Below, piece after piece: positions 51,145-61,400 of a stretch of DNA of 64,000 nucleotides. Position 1 is the stretch's first letter. Every line of letters begins with the position of its first letter. Origin of the DNA: Vicugna vicugna (lineage: Eukaryota). Location: assembly GCA_013265495.1 (NCBI GenBank), contig MU058650.1, positions 523,394-587,393 of the forward strand, given 5' to 3'. The notes beneath the pieces are model-generated. The model worked only from the letters and a program-made list of their open reading frames with translations, did no database searches and was not told where the DNA came from. The position numbers were made by a program, and so were the translations under genes.

Positions 51145-51360
51145 CTGGATCAATGATCCTGAAGGTGTGGCATTCAGTCATCCTTAGGCACAACTTTGGT
51201 AAGGCCTAGCAATCACCCGAGTTGTGTTTGGAATATAGAGTCCAGGCCTCTCTCCTTAGAGCTATCAAACCAGACCCTCTAAGGATGAGGCCCAGGAACC
51301 TGCATTGTAACGATTTTCTTTAGATATTTCTTATGTTCACTGAAGTTTGATAACCACTAG
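51145..51360. mobile_element. MER5-type hAT remnant
   Basis: GAGGCCCAGGAACCTGCATTGTAAC..TTCTTATGTTCACTGAAGTTTGATAACCACT. Confidence 0.6.
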
Positions 51361-54266
51361 CTCAAACGAAGAACTGTTTAATAAGCCTCAACTAAAGCCT
51401 GTACAGGAAGTGATTTCTCACTGCTCTAAGAACGCTCACTGTTTCAGAGCTCCCCACAACAGCCACAAGAAACAAATCTCCAGCCTTCAAAGCTATTTCC
51501 AGCTCCCCTACTTCCTGTATCACTCTAAGCTGGAATTTTCAATTTTACGAGGTGCTCTGAGCTTACGGCACATCTCTCTAGATCTTCAGACCCTGTCCTG
51601 AAAGCGATGTTTGAGGAGCAAGATTATGTCATCCCATCGCCTAGCAGTGCATTTTTGGCAACAGTAGCCCACTTGCTGACAAACATTTCTCTCTCACTTG
51701 AGAGAGAATTGTACAGAAAATACAAGCAGACTTATACTGGAGATGGAGGAGACTGGGGAAGAGTCACTGTCTTTGCCTAACTTCTTAAAATACAAACGAG
51801 TTTCTCGAGGAGTTCCAGGGGGAGGATACTGTTTCCATCTGCTCTTTTAACACAACTTCATTTTGAAGTTTTGCTTTAAGTGGCAGGTGTAAATAAAATT
51901 CAAACAGGTTCTTTAAAGATCTCTCACAAGCTGGGTATGAAATCTAAACATTCTGTTGGATAGAACCAAATGTAATACAGAAAACATCAAATACAAAAGA
52001 AATAATGTAATTGGATAATTAAACAAGAACATCCATTCATTTATTCTGAGCTATTTTATTGAACATCCATTAAGTATCAGGTTCTGTGCCAAATACAAGA
52101 TAAACCTAAGAGTACTGAGATTAGAGTCAGAATTTAAACAGAGGAACCTTGTAAATGTTCTCCCAGTTTCTGCCACTTAATTTTCTTTCTAAATGTGTGA
52201 GAAATTCAGTTAACAATGTATCTTTCTAGAGATATCCCAATTATTTTACTATCATAATCAATAAAATATGTAAATTTTTAAAAAATTTTACCTTTGGCTC
52301 CCTATGACAGAAACAAGACAAAACAGAGGCGAATGGAAAGAGTAATGATGATACAGAGGAGAAAAACATAATAGCACTCAGAGTGCTTCGCAGTAGATAT
52401 ATTATATACTAAAAAGGAACATATAATCACGCCACCTCTACCTACAAACTAATCATCACTTATGTCACTTCCCATAGTCAAAATTTATCTTTAAAATGAA
52501 GGCCTAACAATTGAGCTGGTCATCAAACAAGAATAGACTGCTGTACACAAGACATAAGAGCCATTAGCTGGGTAATTGTTGCATCTCACAGCCTAAACCT
52601 TTGAACACAAACGTACAAATTCATTTAAATGCAATGGATGGGTAACGCTTGAAATTCTCGGGCAAGTGAAAGAAGCCATTCCTCTTTCACCTTTTTTTTC
52701 CTAACTGAAAAGTAATTTGTTGTGAATATTCTACCAAATATATATGTTCTAGTATTTTTATAGAATTTATAGCAGTGGTTTTCATACTGCCACATAACAT
52801 TCAACACTTTGATAGAAATGGTTGAACCTGCAATGATTACACATGCTTGTGTACACACGCGTCATAGCCAGGGAGCCAAAAAAGGACTCCAGTTTTAATT
52901 TTTTTAATGATTGGCTGGGCAATGCCAACAAAGTTAACTCCTTCTTATCAGTTTTTTTTAGATACATGGCAACCAGTTAACATATGAACTTTTTCAGTGA
53001 GGTAACTAGCAAGTAAATTATTGCGGGAAAAACAAAAAAAATTCAATCATTTGGAGGCATTCAAATCTGATTGAAATTCACGTATCTCAGTTTGAAACTA
53101 TCATTTATTGAGTTCAAAGAGTTTAGGCTCTGAGAAGGTAGGAATCGGCTTTCCCAGGGTCTTACACTTAGTAAGGGGCTCAGCCAAAAGTTATTCAAAC
53201 CTATGTCTGTCAAACTTCAAATCCTTGTTCTTTCAACTCTGCTGTGTTGTTTCCCAATGATTAGGGATGAGGTAAAGAAAAGCAATAGGAGGCCATTAAA
53301 TTTTGATATCATATTGCAGTATCTAATTTCTACAAATGTGAAAATGTTCAACTCCCAGAATACATTTTAACTTTTAATTTTAATAAATCTGTTGCTCTGA
53401 AATTTATTAGCCATATTTGGGCCCCAAATTTTTAAAACGTCCATTAAAACACATAAATGTATCAAAAATCCTACCTCACAAATATATTTTCTATTTTTTT
53501 CATGATTTACGTGTTAGTTACACTCACAGTTTCTAAGGTTTTCTTTTAAGGTTTTCCACAAGTCAAGAGAGTTTATTTTATTTAATATTAGGAGAGGCTA
53601 AATATGTATTTTTTACATCCTTTCACTTATTCATAGGCATGTGTCAATATAATTTCCTTTCCAAAAACAATAAAACAAATTCTGCTTTTTTGCTACTTGA
53701 ATTCAAGCTTACCTTCCTCTTCCTTTCCTCACTGTTCTGTTTCTTGGGCTACTCTCCATCTCAGTAGCTTTCCTCCCTTATCCGCCATCCTTCTACTACT
53801 GTTACTTTAGCTCCCGCCATTCTGCTCAATGTAGCTTCTGAGGTCTTCAAAGCCACCTGTAACAGCCAGTTCTCCAACAAGGAACCTAGGAAAGCCTTGT
53901 GCTTGAGTTGGTCTCCTAGAAAATCTTCACTGACAGGCTGACATTAGCAAACCCAAAATCAATGTCAAAGTGATACGGGTCTAAGCAACTCTCATTTATT
54001 TAAAAAAAAAATACAATGGAAATAAATGAGTTACTAAATTCACTTTTGATGTAAAATCCCCAGCTGTTTCCCCATTTGTGTTCCCAAGTAAATTATTTCT
54101 AAATAACTAACTTAATAAGTGATTTATGCATCTTTAGCCAGGTCTTTAGGGGTTATTTTTATTTTTATGGCTGCATCCCAGAGATTCACAGTGAACAAAA
54201 CTAACTGTGGATGATAAATAAAACTTGCCCTAGACATCTCCAAGATAATTGGAGTTCTTATATTTT

Positions 54267-54787
54267 TGTAACAGAAAAAGAACAAAATGATTCCATATTA
54301 GATCTGTTCCTATGGCTTTAACCCTGTGCCCTGTTTTCTAGGCTCTGTCTTGCTAGCTCAGCACCTTTTGTAAAGGAAAGTTGCCTTTAGCCTAAAATAT
54401 ACAGGAGCGCCTATTCTCAAGGCTCTGACCTTTAAGGATATTAACACTTTTACACTTATATAAAGATAACAAGTTGCAGAATAGAAACTAGCATTTGTTT
54501 TGTTAGAGGTTTTACAGGAGGACCATGACCTGACCCACGTGGACAACTACAAGGACAAAGAATTTCTGTAGCGAGAACTTTGCAACAACCCACCACCCGT
54601 TCTCCCCTTTTTAGTATAAAACAAGCCTAAATTCTGACTTGAGCAAGATGGTTCTCCAAGACATTAGTCGGCCATGCTCTGGGTCTGCCAGCTTTCCGAA
54701 TAAAGTCACTATCCCTTGCCCAAAACCTCGTCTCCCGATTTATTGGCCTGCCGTGCGGCGAGCAGAACGAGTTTGGACTCGGTAACA
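54267..54787 (+). mobile_element. Solo LTR, ERV1-type family copy 3
   Basis: TG...CA termini, 4-bp TSD TTTT, TATAAAA 54615, AATAAA 54699. Confidence 0.93.
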
Positions 54788-57700
54788 TTTTCACTGAATA
54801 CAGTTTCCTTAAAATAAAGGCTATAGTTACAGAAGTTCCATGAGGTCAAAGAATGGGAATGTTTTGTTTGGCATTTGTATCACCAATGCTTTGCACAATA
54901 TTTGCCACACTGCCGATCTTCAAGTGTTTTTTAACTGGGTGGAATAAATAGTACTTTGACGCCCCTGTTTAAGAAAGTATTCTACTTTCCTCAGTTTTAA
55001 AACTCATAATATGTCCTTGCTTTTATTTCAAATGCCACTGTGGCAGTTTATCGAAAGCTTGACAATACATTATGTCTTTATAGAATCTCAGAACGAGGGG
55101 GAACTCTAAGTATAATACCTTACAGATGAGAAGCACCCTAGACAGTTACAGTAACATGCACAGAGAGGTGCAAGTATTTAGCTGTCCGAGGCACAGTGAA
55201 TGAGAACCAGGTCTCCTGAATTCTGGAATGTTTTCAATTTCATCAATTCAATTTACTTTTTTTTTTAATGGTATAAAGTGCTATAATCTTTATAGCCAAC
55301 ATCATGCACCTAAAAGTATCAATCAGAATATCAAAAACCTGAGTTTGAATTATCTCACTGATCAAATAATTCGCTGAATTGTTTGGCAATATCCTAGTAT
55401 TTATTAAATTCATTTCCATTTTCCTACTTGCAGATTATTCTGAATAAAGAACAAATAAATCTCCAAGGATTGAGACAACATTCCACAATGAGATCACTAA
55501 GAAAGGATCTTCCTAGCAAGCAGTTTCCCCTGGAGTGTACTGTGGCGGTCTACGAGAAGGTCTGCAACACTCAGAACAACTAGAAATTCCCATCTAAGAA
55601 TACTCTGGTAATGGCTGTTTCCAGAGGCTTTTTTTTAGGTCGGTTAGCTCTAAGGAAAGGATATTAGACAGGACCTAAGTGTTTTCAGAGAAGTTTAGAA
55701 TGCTGACAATGTAGAAGAACGAATCTACTGGAATTTTGAAACAGCATTCTAGTTTGCCAAACAAAAGAAAACGGGGGTTGAGAACACAGAAATATGTCAC
55801 TGCTTTGAAATATACTATTTTCTTTGAATTGACGAGTCTGTTGGTGATATGGTCCACCAATGAGAATTTGCTTTATACATGCCTTATGCATTCACCTGTA
55901 TGTTCTCAGCATTCCAGCTGTAGCTGTAAGAGCCCTTTTTTCAAAATAGAAAAGAACTGTAGCATAGAATGTGCATATAGCTGTTGCATGTTTTTGATCA
56001 TCACAATTATTTTCAAATTTCTTATCCTAACCATCATCATCTGGTTATATGCTTTTTATCCAGCAAAGAGCCAGTTATTCAAATTTCACTTTTATAAAAG
56101 GTAAAAATCAGACTGTTTCCTTCCTCTTATTTTGGCAGTAAATACTGGAGTTCAGTTTATCTACTTCTCACATAAGTTACTGAGAAAAGTCTTATGCCAA
56201 ACTGGCATTAGAGGCACTGCCATGACTTTTTATAAATTTGTGAATTCTGATTCTCAGGCAAAAAGGATTATAAAAACAATTCCTTAAAAAAAAAACTAAT
56301 TATTTTCAGTAAAATCATCATATCAGATACGAATCTGTTATACCGAAGAACTGGTATATTGCACAAATGTTGTTTTAGGTACTGACACAAAACTACAGAC
56401 GCACAGGAGTAGTGGGCTCCTTTTTAAAGGCTTATGTTCAACAGTTTGCAACATCAAATAGTTCCTAAGATTATGCTTCCTGGGAGATATCTGTATTAAG
56501 AATAGCAAACAGTAGCCAACCCATTCTGAGTTTTGCTTCCTAGGTTATCAATGGAAGAAGTGGCAGAAGGTAAATTGAATGCACAAAAAAAGGAAGATGA
56601 ACAAAGAGTAATTTCATTGCTAAAAGCAAAGATCATACTCCATTAATGCAACGGCCATAGGGTACTTGTAGGACTGCTCGGTACTAGTGCCCAGTCCCTC
56701 AGGATCCCATTCCTTCTCAGGTCACTCCTACCATCAATTGCAAGAGTTCCTTCAAAACGGAGACTCAAGAGGAGTCATACAAGATCACTATTCATGTTCA
56801 TTTGGGGAACTTTAAAGAAGCAAGTCTCAGAGATGGGTAGGGAAAAGTGCTACCAGGAGTTGAAGTCCTTGAAACCAATCAAGGTGAGAATAAAAGGTGG
56901 ATGGTGGTTTGACACTGAATGTCTTTAGGATTCTTTCTGCAATGGAGTGGATTCCTTCCAAAGAGAGCTCATTCAGTCAGAGAAAGACTGAAACAGAGGT
57001 CTCGTATCCTGCAAAGAGTGAAAGTCAAGGGTGCCTGAAATGGCTGAGCAGGAATGAGGCCGAAGCGTTCTGGACAGATGCCTAGAACCAGGAGAGTCTG
57101 GGGTACACCTGGAGCTGCTAATACAGACACTCCTAAATGAGCACAAGTTTCGAGAGGGCCAGGAAGGCATTTATTCACTCAACAGATATTTATGAAAAGC
57201 CTACTATAAGGAAGCCATGAAAAAAAATGAGGGAGAAAGTAGTAAGGAATCCAGGGGAAAGAGAATGAAGGGGGGGTGCAAGAAATACTGGAGAGATTTA
57301 GAAAACCAGACAGCAGATTCGCCCAAAGAAGATTGAGCCAATAAATGCCCAGTGACTAAGAAAAAAAGGATATGGGGTGGTGAGAAAACAATAGAATAGA
57401 GGTTTCTTCCTCAGAAGGCAACTCAAAAAAGTATCTGACCATCAGTTCCTGAAGATTTGAGAAAAGGAATGCCACACAGAATGCAGTTGGCCTGAGGAAT
57501 TCAAAGATGTCAGAGAAGGTCACGCTAAGACCAAGAGAGTGTGGGAAAAAAAAGACAGGAAAAGTTTCCTCTTAAGAGGGAAGAGTTCCTTTGGGATAGC
57601 GGAGAACAGAGATGGGAAGACATGGAAATGGGAACTGCGGAACACAGTGCCTGGGAAAGTTTGGGATGAAGAGAACAGGTGGGTGGTGTGAAGGAGCCCT

Positions 57701-58007
57701 GGGGCCGTCAAGGTGACCGCGACCAAGGAGGGCGCAAGGCTGGAGGCGGGCGCACAGACCCCTGATGAGGAGACCCCGGGAGAGGGAAGGCGTCCCGCTC
57801 TCCCGGGCTCCAGGGCCCCCGTCCACCCGCGCCCGAGGCCCAGGGTCCGGCCCCGGGGCCGTGGGGAGCCCCAGGCCGGGCGACGCGAGGCCGGGCCGCC
57901 CCCAAGCGGCCGGGCTCCGCGCACACGCCCGGGCTTGCCTGGCGCCAACTTTCCCGACCCGCGTCCTCCCTCCCCCGGAGCGCGGCCTCTCTGCGCTGCC
58001 CGCTCAC

Positions 58008-58295
58008 CGAGGGCGCCGTCAGCCGGCTGATGCTCTCGCCCAGCGAGTCCAGGTTGACCCGCCTCCGGCGCTGCGCCCTCCTGGCTCCCGCCGTGGCGGC
58101 GGCGGCGGCGGCGGCGGCAGAGGCGGCGGGGGCGGCGGGGGCCGCCGCGCTGGGCTGAGGATGCCCGGGCGGGCTCCGGCTGCCGTTCCAGCAGAGCCTG
58201 GACAAGGGGCACTCCGCCTCCTCCTCCGGGCTGGTCTCCAGGTAGTCGGAGCCCAGGGAGCTGAAGGACTCGGACGAAATCTTCCTTCGAGACAT
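58008..58295 (-). CDS. GUCY1A2: GUCY1A2 coding exon 1 (288 nt, 96 aa, ends in phase 0): soluble guanylate cyclase subunit alpha-2 N-terminus
   Basis: Translates MSRRKISSESFSSLGSDYLETSPEEEAECPLSRLCWNGSRSPPG...RRRRVNLDSLGESISRLTAPS, the recognisable GUCY1A2 N-terminus. ATG at 58295-58293 (context AGCAGC-ATG-T); donor TCG|GTGAGC at 58008/58007; lies in a CpG island. Confidence 0.97.
58095..58118 (-). repeat. Pure (GCC)8 coding repeat (poly-alanine, Ala8)
   Basis: GGC x8 on the + strand inside exon 1. Confidence 0.95.
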
Positions 58296-58366
58296 GCTGC
58301 TGGTGGCGCTGCGGCGGCCGAGGCGGCGGCTGCCGGGACGCGAGCGGGCGGGCGGCAGCGGCGGCG

Positions 58367-58456
58367 TTAGAAGCGTCGGGGCCGCTGGGCGCCGCGGTCC
58401 TGCTCGGCCGGGAGGGCGTCCCCGGAGCCGCCGAGCCTCCGGAGCCGCCTGCTCAT
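58367..58456 (-). CDS. Putative upstream ORF (29 aa, MSRRLRRLGGSGDALPAEQDRGAQRPRRF*) in the presumed GUCY1A2 5' leader
   Basis: CCCGCC-ATG-A at 58456-58454, TAA at 58369-58367. Out of frame with the main ATG and ends 71 nt before it. Translation is not demonstrated. Confidence 0.5.
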   Translation of the reverse strand: MSRRLRRLGGSGDALPAEQDRGAQRPRRF

Positions 58457-61400
58457 GGCGGGAACTTGGGGCGCCGCGGCTCCTTGGGGCCCGGATTCGG
58501 CGGCGGCGGCCGCCTCTGCCGCTGCTGGCGCGACGCCGCCTCGGAGCACCGCCTCGGAGCGGCGGCCGCTCTCCCGGTGGCGGGGAGGCTGCGAGTGTGC
58601 GACCGCGGGCGGCGGGGCGGGGAGGCGGCGGCCCGCGCGCTCGGGAGGCAGAGGCTTCTGCCGCCTGCGCGCCTGTCTCGCCCCCTTCTCCTCGCTGCTC
58701 CCGCCCTTCTCCTCCCGCCTCTCTCCCCGTGCTGCCCGCCTCCTTCCTTCTCCCTTTAACCGCCCCCCCCAACCCAGCTTTCCCTCCGCCGGCATCACGT
58801 GTCGCCATCATACTCATTGGGAGTCTCTGCCTCGCCTGTCGCCACGTTTCAGGAGCAACAAGGACACTTCGCCGTCGTCCTCTGAGCGCCATCCCGCCTC
58901 CCACCGTCCCCCCCTCCGAGGAGGAGCGCACGGTGGCTTAGATCAGACCAAAGGGCCCCGGCCCCAAACGCCCTACCCCTGGTCCGCGGGAGAGGCAGCT
59001 GGGAAGCAGACGGGCCCCGCTGGGAACTGGAAGGAGAGGGGCGTGGGGCCAGGGTCGGGAGACCTCCCTCTGAAGCCACCTGGGTTAGTGGGAGTTTAGG
59101 GTCCATAACTGTCCTTTCCCTCCGAGTTGATTTAGCATGCTCTGAGGCGAGGGGGAAAGGCCAAGCGGTCGAGCCCGCCCATTGCAGAGGAGACGCTTGC
59201 AAGGGAAGGGAAGGGGCAACATGTTGGCACCCATCCTGCTGGAGCAGCTCGTGAGGACGAGTGTTCCCGCCGAGGCCGAGGCTGCGTGGGCGCGCGGCGA
59301 GCCCAGAGCCGGGAGGCAGGCAGTGCGGACGGCGTGTGCTCGGGCGAGCGCCCTGTTGCTGAGCATCAGCCGGGCTGGGCGCGCGGGGCTCCTGGCTCCC
59401 GCGGGCTCTGCACGGATGCTGGACAGCTCCGCTTGACACCTGCAGCGGCGTTTGCGGGCGTTGCAGACCCAGGGACAGCTCCTCTGCAGACTCCACTACC
59501 TGGGAATGAAGGCCCAGGGAAGACCGAGGAGTGATCCCCTGTCCTTCATTCTCCCGGCTCTTTGCGCCGAATATTCGATCTGTTTGCACTTGGCTACAAA
59601 TGCTGCTCGGAAAGCTAAGGGGAGTGGGAGAAAGGCTTTCCAAAGCCCAAGAACAGCCGTGCAAATTTGTGGTGGAGCTGCTTCATTCCAAAGCTTGCCT
59701 CTTGGCAGACCAACAGCGGCTCTCAGGGCCCGTCCCCACGGTGCTTGCTTTGGCTCCATGAAAGCCTCGGACTTGCTCTGACATTGAGAAGGGGCAAAAA
59801 AAGGGGGGTCCCTGGCTGTGACGCCCCCTGCAGCAAAGCAGATGAGCACGCTCCCCGCCTTTCCCCTCCCCCAGAAAGAAAAGTTCAGGGGCTCTGGCCT
59901 TAGCTCCTCATAAATACAGAAGCAAAAGCAGTTTTCCTTTCAAAGGTCCTTGCAAGGTAAAGACAAATACGTTTCTGGATTGTGTTTATTTTAAAACATA
60001 TAAACAGAATGAAACGAAAAAACCTTTACTGTACCACAACCCCAGCTTGCTTTTAACTCTGTCTTCCCAATTTCCGTTTGAGGATTCCATTTACATTTTG
60101 GGAAAATCCACTCAAATTGATTCAGCGATAAATATGCTTTAATCTCATGATTTTTAATAGGTGTTAAAGATATGAAAAGTGTATACCATCACACACTCCC
60201 CTTCAGATACACATATATATTCTTTCTTAGCCTGCTGAGTGAATTGCTAACTGCAGTTTCTCCTCTTAGCAGAGGAAATTCAGACCACTTTTTAAAAATA
60301 ACGCTAATAATTATTGTTATTATTATTATTTTAATTGTGTAGTTTATCTATTGTTGATTTCCTCATTAGTTCATTTAATTCTATATGCATTTGTTTCCAC
60401 TGGAAATTAGCCACAAATTATAGTTTTTATCATAAAGGATAGTCATCAAGTCTGCTAAAAAGTTTCACCGGCCTTTTTTTTTTCCTGAAATACAATGGAT
60501 TTTTTTTTTTTGGAAATTACATTATCCCAACACTGGGGAAACTGTTCAATATCCTTGCTGTGCAGTATCAATCACAGCATAGTAAGCTGGAGTTCTTACT
60601 TCTCTTCTTTAGTAATAATGAGGTAATTGTCAAGTTCTTTAGAGTCATACAATTTTAGAGCTTCTATTAAGGATACTAAATAGCACATGCCCTTAACATT
60701 ATTTTAATAACTACTGCTGCGCTCGCACACACACACGCGCGAATGTTCTTTTGCGGTAATGGCAAAAAACTTTTGCATTGAGCTTATTAAAAACTTTTGC
60801 TGGTCATTCCAACTCTTATCTCAAAGTCAAAATGACTGAGTGCAAAGTATGAGTATCATTTGTCTATAAAATTTACGAGAGGCCCGAGAGCCTTCCTGTT
60901 TATACTGGAAGTTTATTGCCAGAAAGAACTTTGAACCTATGGGACATTTTTGCTTTGTGTGAACTGTTTGAATGAGACTCTTTTATAGGATCTAGACAGA
61001 TGACGTGGTCTTAGAATTTTTTTGTATGACTCGATCACGATTTTCCCACTGATTTTTAAACTATAGACAAATGGAGGCTTAGATGTATATAGTAATATAG
61101 ACGGCATATCATCTGTATTACTTTCAAGGGTTTCCTTTGTCTTCTGTTCAGGAGCAGATTTCAAAAGTTCTCAGTATGAAGAGTGATGTGTTCTGTACTT
61201 GAATTAACATCTTTAAAAGAGAGAATAACCTATTCTTCATTTTAAAAAAAAAAGATTTAAAGTCTTGGACCTAGTAAAAGGAATTCAAACACTTTAGGAA
61301 AGAATAGTCCACTGGAAATAAAAAATTTGTGCTCTGTTTTTAGGAAAAGAACCTTGTACAGACTCGTGCCCACAAATCCAGTCCTACTGGATACATTGTG

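Larger units (their letters stand above)
57700..59480. promoter_or_regulatory. GUCY1A2: CpG island / GUCY1A2 promoter and first exon
   Basis: Abrupt switch to very high GC and dense CpG, with several GGGCGG GC-boxes, spanning the start codon. No obvious TATA box. TSS cannot be fixed from sequence; boundaries approximate. Confidence 0.92.

Noticed and set aside
57708..58931. 407-aa ORF extending GUCY1A2 exon 1 in both directions, with in-frame ATGs at 58817, 58811 and 58808
   Set aside because: Stop codons are rare in very GC-rich DNA. The extension is low-complexity R/G/A/P, the upstream ATGs probably lie 5' of the TSS, and the 3' part reads through a canonical donor.
57520..59903. Many overlapping 80-270 aa ORFs on both strands of the CpG island
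   Set aside because: Expected GC-content artefact; no recognisable domains.
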